The notes under the pieces: generated by a model
Databases searched by the model: none
What the model was told of the DNA's origin: nothing
Seen by the model: only the letters and a program-made list of their open reading frames with translations
Translations under genes and position numbers: made by a program
Shown: positions 28,450 through 39,170 of the stretch, one piece after another
Layout of the letters: each line of letters begins with the position of its first letter
Numbering within the stretch: the stretch's first letter is position 1
Assembly: GCA_038247415.1 (NCBI GenBank)
Contig: JBBRUX010000005.1
Span: 1 to 64,000, forward strand
Reading direction: 5' to 3'
Length of the DNA: 64,000 nt
From: Chitinivibrionales bacterium
GTDB taxonomy: Bacteria > Fibrobacterota > Chitinivibrionia > Chitinivibrionales > WJKA01

Positions 28450-30348
28450 ATGAATATTACTTTTCCTAATGGAAGCGTGCGGGATATTCCTGCAGATTCC
28501 ACGGCATTCGACCTAGCCAAAATCATAAGCATTTCTTTGGCCAAAGAAGCCTTAGCCGCTATCATTAATGGTACGCTATGTGGACTCTCAACAAAATTGT
28601 CCGAAAACGACACAGTATCTATTATTACCTTCGATTCTCCCGAAGGCAAGTCTGTGTATTGGCATTCGGCCTCACATCTTTTGGCTCAAGCAGTTCAAGA
28701 ACTGTTTCCTGCAACAAAGCTAGCTATTGGACCTGCTATTGAACAGGGTTTTTATTACGATTTCGATTCCGAAAAGCCATTTACGCCCGAAGATCTTATT
28801 GCCATCGAGAAAAAATGCCTCGAAATTTCCAAGCGCGATTTGCCTATTACCAAGAGTGTAATTAGTCAATCTGATGCGATCGCATTGTATGCAGCCAAGG
28901 GCGAAATTTACAAAACAGAATTAATTTCGGAACTTTCGGGCGAAATTAGTATGTATACCCAAGGCGACTGGCAAGATTTATGCCGAGGCCCTCATGTAGC
29001 GCGCACATCTGCCATTAAAGCAATAAAGCTTACAAGCCTCGCAGGTGCGTACTGGCGTGGCAGCGAAAAAAACAAAATGCTTCAGCGCATTTATGGCATA
29101 GCATTCCCAAAACAAGCCGATCTCGATGCGTACCTTACTATGCTCGAAGAAGCTGCAAAACGGGATCATCGTAAACTTGGAAAAGAGCTCGATCTTTTTT
29201 CATTCCATACCGAAGGCGCAGGGTTTCCTTTTTGGCACCCCAATGGCATGGTTCTTTATAATACCATTATGGATTTTTGCCGACGCGAGCATATTGCTGC
29301 TGGATACCAAGAAATTAAAACACCTATAATTCTCAACGAAGACTTATGGCGACGCAGTGGTCACTGGGACAAATATCGCGATAATATGTACTTCACAACC
29401 ATCGACGAAGCAGTGCATGCGGTTAAGCCCATGAACTGCCCTGGTGGATTGCTTGTGTATAACAGCATGCCTCATTCGTACCGCGAATTACCGCTTAAAT
29501 ATTGCGAATTTGGGCTTGTGCATCGTCACGAAAAAGCGGGTGTTTTACACGGACTATTTCGTGTTCGTCAATTTACTCAAGACGACGCCCATATTTTTTG
29601 TCTTATAAATCAAATCGAAGACCAAATTACCGAAGTTATTGCATTTATAACAAAAATTTATTCGCTCTTTGGCTTTAACGATTATAAAATCGAGCTTTCT
29701 ACACGTCCAGAAAAGTATATCGGGTCTTTAGAAGTATGGGCGCAAGCCGAAAAAGCTTTGCAAAATGTGCTTGACACACAAAAGATAAGCTATCAGCTCA
29801 ATCCCGGAGATGGCGCCTTTTATGGCCCCAAAATAGATTTTCACGTTAAGGATTCAATTGGAAGAACATGGCAATGCGGAACCATTCAGCTCGATTTTTC
29901 GATGCCCGAACGCTTCGAGCTCGAATATGCCGATGCCGATGGCACTAAAAAACGCCCTGTCATGATTCATCGCGCTTTGCTCGGGTCTATGGAACGGTTT
30001 ATAGGTATACTGTTGGAAAATTACGGTGGCGCACTCCCCGTATGGTTATCGCCTATTCAGGTAGAGCTCTTGCCTATTGCAGACAGATTTTTGCCGTATG
30101 CTAAAACTGTCAAACAAGCACTTGTCAATGCCGGTATTCGTGTGAACATCGACGAACGTTCCGAAAAAATCGGCTATAAAATCAGGTCGGCAGAAACACA
30201 TAAAATTCCGTTTATGGCTATTCTTGGTGAAAAAGAAGAGTCGACCCAAACAGTATCAGTTCGACGTCATGGTGTGGGAGATATGGGTTCCGAATCGCTC
30301 GATGCATTTGTTGCCCGTATTACAGATCAAATTAAGGCATTTGCCTAA
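28450..30348 (+). CDS. thrS: Threonine--tRNA ligase
   Basis: TGS domain, HSASHLLA, DLCRGPHV, RDHRKLG, KPMNCP, RVRQFTQDDAH, WQCGTIQLDF. Confidence 0.98.
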   Translation: MNITFPNGSVRDIPADSTAFDLAKIISISLAKEALAAIINGTLCGLSTKLSENDTVSIITFDSPEGKSVYWHSASHLLAQAVQELFPATKLAIGPAIEQGFYYDFDSEKPFTPEDLIAIEKKCLEISKRDLPITKSVISQSDAIALYAAKGEIYKTELISELSGEISMYTQGDWQDLCRGPHVARTSAIKAIKLTSLAGAYWRGSEKNKMLQRIYGIAFPKQADLDAYLTMLEEAAKRDHRKLGKELDLFSFHTEGAGFPFWHPNGMVLYNTIMDFCRREHIAAGYQEIKTPIILNEDLWRRSGHWDKYRDNMYFTTIDEAVHAVKPMNCPGGLLVYNSMPHSYRELPLKYCEFGLVHRHEKAGVLHGLFRVRQFTQDDAHIFCLINQIEDQITEVIAFITKIYSLFGFNDYKIELSTRPEKYIGSLEVWAQAEKALQNVLDTQKISYQLNPGDGAFYGPKIDFHVKDSIGRTWQCGTIQLDFSMPERFELEYADADGTKKRPVMIHRALLGSMERFIGILLENYGGALPVWLSPIQVELLPIADRFLPYAKTVKQALVNAGIRVNIDERSEKIGYKIRSAETHKIPFMAILGEKEESTQTVSVRRHGVGDMGSESLDAFVARITDQIKAFA

Positions 30349-30381
30349 TTTATCTGAACATTTTCTCAATTGGAGGTTCTT

Positions 30382-31041
30382 ATTCTCAGCAAGCCGTTTT
30401 TCCGCAAGCAGGATGATTCTACTCGAATAAACGATCGCATTCGGGTACCGCAGGTTCGTCTCATCACAGAAACCGGGGAAGCTGCCGGTGTGGTTGCCAC
30501 GCCTGAAGCGCTTCGACGTGCTCAGGAAGCGGGTCTTGATCTTGTTGAAGTTTCTGCTACCGCCGAACCACCCGTTTGCCGTATTATGGATTTTGGTAAA
30601 TTTAAATATGAGAAATCCAAAAAGCAGAAAGAAGCTAAAAAGAAACAACATATAGTTCATCTTAAAGAAATCAAACTTCATCCAAAAACCGATGATCATG
30701 ATTACAATTTTAAGATGCAACATGCGCGCGATTTTCTTATCCGTGGTGACCGGGTTAAAGCCACCGTAGTATTTCGAGGCCGAGAAATTACTCATACCGA
30801 ATTTGGTCGCGAGCTTCTCGACAAACTCGATAAAGATCTTGCCGATCTTTCTCAGATAGAAATTTCGGCCAAGATGGAAGGCAAAAACATGATTTCAATT
30901 TATCTACCCGATAAATTAAAAACCAAAGAAGTCCAGAGAAAAATGGATATCGAAAAGAAACGTGCCGATGCCGAAGAAGCATTAGCCAAAGCAGCATCCG
31001 AAAAAGAAACACCCGTTTCTGCTTCCCCAGAATTACAATAG
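30382..31041 (+). CDS. infC: Translation initiation factor IF-3 (probable ATT start)
   Basis: RINDRIRVPQVRLI, DLVEV...PPVCRIMDFGKFKYE, FRGRE; GGAGG RBS a few nt before an in-frame ATT at 30382. Confidence 0.95.
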   Translation: MLSKPFFRKQDDSTRINDRIRVPQVRLITETGEAAGVVATPEALRRAQEAGLDLVEVSATAEPPVCRIMDFGKFKYEKSKKQKEAKKKQHIVHLKEIKLHPKTDDHDYNFKMQHARDFLIRGDRVKATVVFRGREITHTEFGRELLDKLDKDLADLSQIEISAKMEGKNMISIYLPDKLKTKEVQRKMDIEKKRADAEEALAKAASEKETPVSASPELQ

Positions 31042-31074
31042 CAATTTTATTTACAATTAGCTCAAGGAGTCAGT

Positions 31075-31269
31075 ATGCCAAAAATGAAAACGAGAAAATC
31101 GGTAAAAAAGCGCTTTCGCCTTACCGCAAACGACCATGTCAAACGCAAAAAAGCATTCCGCTCTCATATTCTTGGAAAGAAATCATCAAAGCGCAAGGCT
31201 CAGCTCCGTCAAGGCGGACTTGTTCATGAATCGCTTGAGAAACAAATCCGTTCGATGATGTACGCTTAA
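31075..31269 (+). CDS. rpmI: 50S ribosomal protein L35
   Basis: [14 protein letters not shown]; located between infC and rplT. Confidence 0.96.
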   Translation: MPKMKTRKSVKKRFRLTANDHVKRKKAFRSHILGKKSSKRKAQLRQGGLVHESLEKQIRSMMYA

Positions 31270-31299
31270 ACAGAAAACATTTTTTAAGGAGATAGAACT

Positions 31300-31647
31300 A
31301 TGCCACGCGCAAAAACCAGAGTAGCGTCCCGCGAACGACGCAAGGATATTCTTAAGTCAACAAAAGGATATTTTGGTAAAAAGAAAAATTGTATTACTGT
31401 TGCCAAAGACGCAATGTATCGTTCAGGTGTATTCGCCTATCGCGACCGCAAACAAAACAAACGTAATTTTCGCGCTCTCTGGATCATGAGAATCAATGCT
31501 GCTGCACGTCTCAATGGCACCACCTACGCCCGCCTTATCGATGCGCTCACAAAAAAAGGCATAGATCTCAACAGAAAAACTCTTGCCCATTTAGCAATGA
31601 ATGAGCCCGATTCTTTCAAGAAACTCGTTGAACAGGTTATTGTATAA
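31300..31647 (+). CDS. rplT: 50S ribosomal protein L20
   Basis: MPRAK...KGYFG...AYRDRKQNKRNFRALWIMRINAAAR. Confidence 0.97.
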   Translation: MPRAKTRVASRERRKDILKSTKGYFGKKKNCITVAKDAMYRSGVFAYRDRKQNKRNFRALWIMRINAAARLNGTTYARLIDALTKKGIDLNRKTLAHLAMNEPDSFKKLVEQVIV

Positions 31648-31649
31648 TA

Positions 31650-32672
31650 ATGAGCGAGATTCTAACGCACGATGAGCTTGAATCTCTGTACAAAGAGGCT
31701 TCAGAAAAACTTTCCGCTGTTGTCGACGATGCTTCAGCGGAAGTTTTTCGTATTGCCTACCTTGGCAAAAAAGGATCAATCCGAACTATTCTTAAGCAGC
31801 TCGGAACGCTTTCTATCGAAGAACGCAAATCTTTTGGTGCTCGCGCAAATGCCATAACGCACGATCTCGAATCTCGATTCGATTCGGGATTTTGGAAAAT
31901 CACCGCCGCATCTGCTATCGACCCAGCCTTCGATTCGACACTCCCAGGTGTACCATGGTGGACAGGATCTTTACATCCGCTCAGCACCATTCGCAACGAA
32001 ATTCGCGACATTTTTGTAAGCATGGGTTTTGCCATTGCAGATGGTCCTGAAGTTGAATCCGATTATTACAATTTCGAGGCACTCAATACTCCAAAACATC
32101 ATCCTGCGCGTGACATGCAGGATACATTCTATATAACACCCGATGTAGTATTACGAACACACACCTCCCCAGTACAAATTCGCGTCATGGAATCTCAAAA
32201 ACCGCCCCTACGCTATATAATGCCCGGGCGTGTTTACAGAAACGAAGAAATTAGTTCGCGATCATATTGCCTTTTTCATCAAGTCGAAGGCATTTATATC
32301 GATAAAAACGTAAGCTTTGCAGACCTCAAAGGGACACTCCTCGCATTTTCTAAGAGGTTTTTCTCGGAAAACACACGTATTAAAATTCGTCCAAGCTTTT
32401 TCCCCTTTGTAGAACCCGGGGTCGAAGTTGACGTCGAATGTTTCTTGTGTAAAGGCATTGGCTGTTCGCTATGCAAGAAAAGTGGCTGGCTAGAAATTCT
32501 TGGCGCAGGAATGATTCATCCCAATGTGCTTGCCTCTGGCAAGATAGACCCCAATGAATTCAGCGGTTTTGCTTTTGGTATGGGCATCGAACGGATTGCA
32601 CTGCTTAAATATGGTATCGATGACATCCGCCATTTCTATGAAAACGATGCTCGATTTCTCCGTCAATTATAA
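31650..32672 (+). CDS. pheS: Phenylalanine--tRNA ligase alpha subunit
   Basis: HPARDMQDTFY, LRTHTSPVQ, FHQVEG, SFFPFVEP, GFAFGMGIER. Confidence 0.97.
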   Translation: MSEILTHDELESLYKEASEKLSAVVDDASAEVFRIAYLGKKGSIRTILKQLGTLSIEERKSFGARANAITHDLESRFDSGFWKITAASAIDPAFDSTLPGVPWWTGSLHPLSTIRNEIRDIFVSMGFAIADGPEVESDYYNFEALNTPKHHPARDMQDTFYITPDVVLRTHTSPVQIRVMESQKPPLRYIMPGRVYRNEEISSRSYCLFHQVEGIYIDKNVSFADLKGTLLAFSKRFFSENTRIKIRPSFFPFVEPGVEVDVECFLCKGIGCSLCKKSGWLEILGAGMIHPNVLASGKIDPNEFSGFAFGMGIERIALLKYGIDDIRHFYENDARFLRQL

Positions 32673-32708
32673 TTAAATTTTTGTTGTATCAAGGATTTCT
32701 ATACCGCT

Positions 32709-35096
32709 ATGAATATATCGCTTAATTGGCTCAAAGATTTTGTTCCCATAACACTTCCTGCAAAAGATTATGCCGATATTCTTACTGGCCTCGGTTTAGA
32801 AATAGCAAAAATCAAGCATTTCTCCATACCCAAGGGCATTGTTGCGGCGCTCGTACTGTCTGTAGAAAAGCATCCTTCTGCCGATAAACTGCATGTCTGC
32901 AGCGTTTCTTTGGGAAGCGGCGATTCCGTTCAGATTGTATGTGGAGCACCAAATGTAGCAGCAGGGTTAACAGTTCCCTGCGCAACTATAGGCACTGTAA
33001 TGTCTCCTGAGCTCACCATTACAAAAGCGAAATTACGTGGGGTAGAAAGCTTTGGCATGCTTTGTTCGGAAAGAGAATTGACACTTTCCGACGATCATAG
33101 CGGGCTCATGATTCTTTCCGGGTCAATTGCTCCCGGTACTCCTCTTAATCAAATATATCCAAACGATTCTATATTAGAACTCGAAATTACTCCCAATCGA
33201 GGCGATTGCCTTTCGCTTTTAGGAGTAGCACGGGAATTGGCCGCAAAACTTGGTGTTCCCTTATCGTTTGCAGATATAAAAGTAACCCAAGATCCAACAA
33301 TGCTTTGCTCCCCCATTACGGTACAACTCGATGCTCAGGCATGCCCGCGCTATATGGGCCGATTCATTGCTAACGTTTCAATTGGGCCCTCTCCAGAATG
33401 GCTTAAAAACAGGCTTTCGATACTGGGGCTGCGATCCATCAATAATGTGGTTGACGTTACCAACTATATCCTTTTTAATTTTGGTCACCCGATGCATGCT
33501 TTTGATGCCCAAACAATAGCCGGAAATCACATTGCCATTAAAAATGCCGATTCTGTAGCAACGTTTACAACACTCGACGGAATAGAACGTAAACTTGTGC
33601 CCGAAGATCTCCTGATTTGGGATGCAGAAAAGCCTATTGCACTTGCAGGTATTATGGGGGGGCTCAATTCCTCAATTACCCAATCAACCAAGAATATTTT
33701 TCTTGAATGTGCCTACTTCGATCCTGTTACGGTGCGCAAAACGTCAAAAAGACTTGGTTTATCATCAGATTCTTCGTACCGATTCGAACGCGGAGTAGAC
33801 CCCCTCGAAGGATTAAGCAGAGCTCTTGACACAGCAGCAGAACTTATTCGGCTCACCGCATCGGGAACTATTGCCACAGATTATATCGATTGCTACCCTA
33901 GCGCCTTGCCCGTTAAATCGATTGCGCTTCGCACCGATTATGTCAACCGTCTTTTGGGCATTGTTCTTTCCGACACAGTTGTACATACTCTCATTTCGAG
34001 CCTCGTTGGATTTACCATACAAAAAGATAGCATAGGCCACTTTACTGTTATTGCGCCACATTATCGCCATGATATAACCATCGAAGCAGATCTTGTCGAA
34101 GAGATAGGCCGATTATATGGATACGATACTATTCCAGCTTCGGAACATGGCTATTTGGCCCTTGCTCAACCAGAAAACAAACAAGAAAAAAAGCTCGATG
34201 CGCTTAAAAAAGCACTCTGTGGTGCTGGCCTTGCCGAAATAGTTTGCAATAGCCTCGTTTCGGTTCGAACCAATCAAATCATTACCCCCGACATTAAAGC
34301 AGTTGAGCTCTTAAATCCGCTTAACCCCGATATGGCGCAGCTTCGCACATCACTTACGCCATCCATGCTTTCTACCATTGCCTACAACTTGCATCGTCGT
34401 AATAAAAACAATCGTTTTTTTGAAATTGGCAGAATTTTTTCTGCAACATCCGATCCTATTCCAGCTGCCGAAAGAAGTATTCTTTGTATAGGTCTTGAAG
34501 GTGACGCTACGCCGGCTTCGTGGGCACAAGAACGCCAACCACTAACCTTTCACCATGCGAAAGGGCTACTCACATCTATTGGAATTACCGCTGATAGTGG
34601 ACCGTTTACATTCTCAAATGGCAACCAAAAACATGGGTGGTACAATAGCCATGCCGTGGTCTCTGGACCTTGCGGCATAACTGGGCACTGCGGTCTTGTG
34701 GGAACCGAACTTGTGCAATTCTTTGATATTAAATCTCCCGTGTATCTTATTCATCTCGATATAACACAATGGCTTAAAGAACAGCCTGCTCAAAAGATCT
34801 TTAAAGGCCTCGACCGCTATCCCTCTGTGGAGAGAGATTTCTGCTTCGTTATCGACCAGGCGTTACCTGCATCCACTATTGCCGATCATATTGCAACGCT
34901 ATCTCCTTTAATCTGTCAGGTTACTCCCTTCGATGTGTATGCCGGCGAAAAACTGGGAGCAGGCAAAAAAAGCATTGCCTATTCGGTTACGCTCCAATCG
35001 CCAGTACAAACACTCACAGCAAAAGAAACAGAACCTCTCTGCGATACAATTATTCAAAGCTTGAGTAAAAATTTTGGTGCAACCCTGCGCACTTAA
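32709..35096 (+). CDS. pheT: Phenylalanine--tRNA ligase beta subunit
   Basis: IVCGAPN, ESFGMLCS, ITPNRGDCLS, INNVVDVTNY, RFERGVD, DLVEEIGR, C-terminal anticodon-binding domain. Confidence 0.96.
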   Translation: MNISLNWLKDFVPITLPAKDYADILTGLGLEIAKIKHFSIPKGIVAALVLSVEKHPSADKLHVCSVSLGSGDSVQIVCGAPNVAAGLTVPCATIGTVMSPELTITKAKLRGVESFGMLCSERELTLSDDHSGLMILSGSIAPGTPLNQIYPNDSILELEITPNRGDCLSLLGVARELAAKLGVPLSFADIKVTQDPTMLCSPITVQLDAQACPRYMGRFIANVSIGPSPEWLKNRLSILGLRSINNVVDVTNYILFNFGHPMHAFDAQTIAGNHIAIKNADSVATFTTLDGIERKLVPEDLLIWDAEKPIALAGIMGGLNSSITQSTKNIFLECAYFDPVTVRKTSKRLGLSSDSSYRFERGVDPLEGLSRALDTAAELIRLTASGTIATDYIDCYPSALPVKSIALRTDYVNRLLGIVLSDTVVHTLISSLVGFTIQKDSIGHFTVIAPHYRHDITIEADLVEEIGRLYGYDTIPASEHGYLALAQPENKQEKKLDALKKALCGAGLAEIVCNSLVSVRTNQIITPDIKAVELLNPLNPDMAQLRTSLTPSMLSTIAYNLHRRNKNNRFFEIGRIFSATSDPIPAAERSILCIGLEGDATPASWAQERQPLTFHHAKGLLTSIGITADSGPFTFSNGNQKHGWYNSHAVVSGPCGITGHCGLVGTELVQFFDIKSPVYLIHLDITQWLKEQPAQKIFKGLDRYPSVERDFCFVIDQALPASTIADHIATLSPLICQVTPFDVYAGEKLGAGKKSIAYSVTLQSPVQTLTAKETEPLCDTIIQSLSKNFGATLRT

Positions 35097-35248
35097 ATGA
35101 CTGCCTCCTTTGTGCCTATTTCTTTCTGCTAAAATCTTCGTCTTTTTGTGATTTCGAGTGTATTTTAAAGTGTTTCAAAGTTTTCTTTGATACGCATAAT
35201 AAACTTCTGCTTTTTTTAGGGAAATTGTAGCCCGAAAGTAATTACCTT

Positions 35249-36709
35249 ATGGAAGAATCATCTCTGGTAAAACCTTTCTCAGAATTTACTATTCTGATTG
35301 TGGACGACGAAGTCACACTTGTTTCTTTCCTAAAAGAAGCCCTGGGTGATGACTATTGTATTACCACAGCAACAAGCGGAACAGAGGCGCTTAAGCTTAT
35401 TAAGCACGGTGGATTTGATGTCCTCATTTCCGACCTTAAACTTCCCGACATGTCGGGAATTGACATTCTTAAATTTGCCAAAGAGCAAGATGAATTTATC
35501 GAAGCAATAATTATGACGGGGTATGCAACGCTCGATTCGGCAACCCGTTCCATTAACCTTGGAGCATCAGGGTATCTTATTAAGCCACTCTCACTCGATG
35601 AACTTAATTTTCAGATCAAACGGGCAATTGCGCAGCGTTCATTTCATCTTAAAAGCCAAAGCATTATTGAATCTTCTGGTTCTTTTTCTTCCGACATCAA
35701 AAATCATTTGTACGATATTACCCGTTTGTATAACTTTTCCCGTAAGCTCATATTATCGTTTGAATTGCCCGAGATGATCCAGATTATTCTTGATGATATC
35801 AAGGAACGTATGGATCCAGACCTCGCGGTGGTCTCTATTCAGTTTCTTGATTTATCGGAATTATATGCATCAACAAAAAGTGCAGCAATACCAGAAGCTG
35901 CCATCCGAAAAGCCTTGGCCGCTCAATGGACCCAGGCATTTGACGGAATGGACATCGAGCGCTTTCATGCTAACCAAATACCGCTCACCCTTTTTCATGG
36001 CAGACTTCCCGATACACAACTGCCAGACGATATGGATATTGTAACTATTCCCATGATTGTGAAAGGGCGAACAATTGGTTCCCTTGCAATGTACCACAAA
36101 GCACCCTTCTCTTTGGCAATGCCCGAATATCAATTTTTATATATCTACACGTCGCTCATTGCATCCATTGTCGAACATGCGTACCTCGATATGCAAGCCC
36201 AGCTGCTTGCGAAAACAGATGGCCTGACAGGTGTTGCAAACTTCAGGCTTTTTCATGAAACGTTATCACGTGAAATATCGCGTGCTGATCGTAAAAAGAA
36301 TGAGTTCACCCTTATTCTCATCGATATAGACGACTTTAAAAATGTTAATGATACCTATGGGCATCCGGCAGGGAACGAAGTTCTCAAAGACTTAACAAAC
36401 CGTATTGGTGGAATTATTCGCCGAAGCGATCTTTTAGCGCGCTATGGGGGCGAAGAATTCGCCATTATCCTCCCCGATACAGCTTTAGCAGGAGCTGAGA
36501 TTCTTGCCGAAAGAATTCGTAAAGAAACTGAGATTCATCCCGTTATTGTTGGTAATGCTTCTATTGCATATACCATAAGCCTTGGTATTGCGGTATACCA
36601 TGGAGCTAACCCATGCCTGAAAGAATCGCTTGTTACAACTTCCGATCAGGCTTTGTATTCGTCTAAGCGTCAAGGAAAAAACCGGGTTACGGTAGGAAAC
36701 GTAAACTAG
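35249..36709 (+). CDS. REC-GAF-GGDEF diguanylate cyclase
   Basis: ILIVDDE...SDLKLP...KP receiver domain; DGLTG, DIDDFK, NDTYGH, RRSD I-site, RYGGEEF. Confidence 0.92.
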   Translation: MEESSLVKPFSEFTILIVDDEVTLVSFLKEALGDDYCITTATSGTEALKLIKHGGFDVLISDLKLPDMSGIDILKFAKEQDEFIEAIIMTGYATLDSATRSINLGASGYLIKPLSLDELNFQIKRAIAQRSFHLKSQSIIESSGSFSSDIKNHLYDITRLYNFSRKLILSFELPEMIQIILDDIKERMDPDLAVVSIQFLDLSELYASTKSAAIPEAAIRKALAAQWTQAFDGMDIERFHANQIPLTLFHGRLPDTQLPDDMDIVTIPMIVKGRTIGSLAMYHKAPFSLAMPEYQFLYIYTSLIASIVEHAYLDMQAQLLAKTDGLTGVANFRLFHETLSREISRADRKKNEFTLILIDIDDFKNVNDTYGHPAGNEVLKDLTNRIGGIIRRSDLLARYGGEEFAIILPDTALAGAEILAERIRKETEIHPVIVGNASIAYTISLGIAVYHGANPCLKESLVTTSDQALYSSKRQGKNRVTVGNVN

Positions 36710-36731
36710 TTACCATGCAGAAATTAAACGT

Positions 36732-37997
36732 ATGATACTCTCCTTCTTTGTCACAATCTATAGTTTCGGCTTCGAAATAATTGTTTTTTGTGCGCGCGTT
36801 CTCTTTACCCTTTCGCCCAAATTTGCATCATGGGAAATAGACCAAAGAATTGCCGGCCCAAAAAAAATAGAACACGCTCAACATACTGCAAAAATTGTCT
36901 GGATTCATGGAGCTTCACTTGGGGAAGTACGCCTCATTCCCAAGCTTTTAAGCGTTCTCTGTCAAAAACACCCCCACGATAGATATGTGGTTACTGCAAC
37001 AACTAAAAATGGATTGTACTATCTCTCCACGCTCAAACACCCCTTAATTGACACCTATGGATATCTGCCCTTCGATACCCTTACCCGCATGACCGCCTTT
37101 TTGCGCACCTTTGCAATACACCGTGTATGGATCCTCGAAACCGAAATCTGGCCATCACTACTTTACTCATGCAAAAAAGAAAACATCCCCATCGGATGCA
37201 TTAATGGCCGAATTGAACACAAATCATTTTTACGATACCAACAGTTCAAATGGCTTATCAAGCCCCTGCTTGCAACCTTTAATCCTGTTTTGGTACAATC
37301 GGATGAATATGCAGAGCGCTATCAATTATGCGGTGCGCAACCCGACGCTATAAAAGTATTCCCCAATCTTAAAAGCATTACTTCTATTGCAACTACCTCG
37401 CAAGCAAAGCGAACACGTTTACGTAAAGCTCTTTGTATCTCGCCAACACAGCTGGTATTAACGGCAGGATGTGTTCATCCCGGAGAAGGATTAATTATTC
37501 GCCGAGCAGCAGAATTTCTTAAAAATCGAGGTGTATCCATCACCTGTATCCTGGTGCCTCGTCACCTGAAAGCATGCACCATTATCCAAGGAGAAATGGG
37601 ATCCGATACCCCCATACTTACCAGTTGTTCGGCACACGAATCATTTACATCATGCATAATAAATAAAATTGGCATTCTCGAGGAAATGTATTCTTTGGCA
37701 GATGTTGCATTTGTAGGTGGTACGTTTGTATCCATTGGGGGACATAGCATGTGGGATGCTGCCCAATGTGGTATCCCTGTATTTTTTGGGCCTCACCATC
37801 AAACTCAGTATGAAAGTTGCCTTGCGCTTCAAAACGCCCGCGTTGGCTTTTTAGCAGGGCAGGCAGAAAGTATTGCTCAAGGAATTCTTACCTATGTTGT
37901 AAACGAGCCAGGGCATTCGAATTTTCTGAGTGCTCGAGATGCTTTTGCAAAATCCATGCGTAATAAAATCTCCGACCTCGGGCCTTTTTTACCATGA
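36732..37997 (+). CDS. waaA: 3-deoxy-D-manno-octulosonic acid transferase
   Basis: VWIHGASLGE, LPFD, ETEIWP, NGRI, LVPRH, AFVGGTF..GGH. Confidence 0.9.
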   Translation: MILSFFVTIYSFGFEIIVFCARVLFTLSPKFASWEIDQRIAGPKKIEHAQHTAKIVWIHGASLGEVRLIPKLLSVLCQKHPHDRYVVTATTKNGLYYLSTLKHPLIDTYGYLPFDTLTRMTAFLRTFAIHRVWILETEIWPSLLYSCKKENIPIGCINGRIEHKSFLRYQQFKWLIKPLLATFNPVLVQSDEYAERYQLCGAQPDAIKVFPNLKSITSIATTSQAKRTRLRKALCISPTQLVLTAGCVHPGEGLIIRRAAEFLKNRGVSITCILVPRHLKACTIIQGEMGSDTPILTSCSAHESFTSCIINKIGILEEMYSLADVAFVGGTFVSIGGHSMWDAAQCGIPVFFGPHHQTQYESCLALQNARVGFLAGQAESIAQGILTYVVNEPGHSNFLSARDAFAKSMRNKISDLGPFLP

Positions 37998-39163
37998 GCC
38001 CCCAAGCATTACAAATTCCATCAGCATGCACGCTTCTTTGTGGCGACGATGCCATCAGCATGGAGAATGCCCGAACTACAAAAATCGCGCAATTGACAGC
38101 AGCTTATCCTGGCCTGGCAATTCTCCGCTTTGATCCTGCGGTGCAAAAACTCGGACAATTCCTTGATCAAATGATGACCGTTTCTCTTTTTGCCGAACCT
38201 CGCGCATTTGTATTACGCCATGCGGAATCTCTCGATGCCAAGGAATCTGCTGCACTTGCTACGGCACTAGATTACCCACTCTCCGACGCCTGGCTCTTTA
38301 TTGAATCAACCGACATACCCGGCGCAGCAGCTAAGCCTGCCAAAACAACCAAAACCGCAAAACCAAAAGCTATTGCATGGCCAAACCTTTTCAAGTTGCG
38401 CATGCAAGAACAACCTGCGCGGTATTCCATTACAGAATTTATCAAGCCCCGCGACTACGAAATGGCCCCCTGGGTCGTAGATCGCGCTCGTCAATTCCTG
38501 TCACGTCAAATATCCCCAGCCGATGCAGCACATCTTGTTGATACGGTAGGGCCAGAGCCCGTGTCGCTTTTTTCGGAGCTTCAAAAAATCGACCTTATCT
38601 TGCCCGCTGGTGATCCCATTACTAAAAAGATAATCGACGCAGTATGTGAAGCAGCACGGGAAATTACTCCCTTTGAACTTGCAGAATCACTTGGCAAAAA
38701 AGATTCCGAGCGAACCATGGTTATTCTGGATGGTTTGTTTCGGCAGAATTTTTATGCCCCCACCTGTATTGCAGCGCTCTTTCGCCATTTTTTCGCGCTT
38801 CTGAGAATACGTTCTTACGCAGATTCCCATAAAGCAGAAATGAAAGCGTATCTTGAGGCAGTGGGTAACTTTTCAAAAAAACATATTTCAGACGAAATTG
38901 GCTTGGCGATTGGGGTTGCAGCTGGAATACTTACCGAAACTCAAAGAAATCGGGTATATCCGGCAATCATTAAATCTGGCATTGTTTCTGCAACGCGCAA
39001 TTTTTCTGCATCTTCGCTTATCTCGATTTTAGAAATGCTCTACGAATTTGATATCCAAACAAAACGAGGGCAACTCGATCCAAATCGATCCTCCATGGAA
39101 CTTCTGTGCTATAAGATTCTTCGCTCTAAAGAAATCGAAGCGACCTATTTCAAAGAGCAATAA
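37994..39163 (+). CDS. holA: DNA polymerase III delta subunit
   Basis: LLCGDD, TVSLFAEPRAFVL, SELQKI, FELAESL, DIQTKRG. Confidence 0.8.
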   Translation: MSPQALQIPSACTLLCGDDAISMENARTTKIAQLTAAYPGLAILRFDPAVQKLGQFLDQMMTVSLFAEPRAFVLRHAESLDAKESAALATALDYPLSDAWLFIESTDIPGAAAKPAKTTKTAKPKAIAWPNLFKLRMQEQPARYSITEFIKPRDYEMAPWVVDRARQFLSRQISPADAAHLVDTVGPEPVSLFSELQKIDLILPAGDPITKKIIDAVCEAAREITPFELAESLGKKDSERTMVILDGLFRQNFYAPTCIAALFRHFFALLRIRSYADSHKAEMKAYLEAVGNFSKKHISDEIGLAIGVAAGILTETQRNRVYPAIIKSGIVSATRNFSASSLISILEMLYEFDIQTKRGQLDPNRSSMELLCYKILRSKEIEATYFKEQ

Positions 39164-39170
39164 ATTTACT

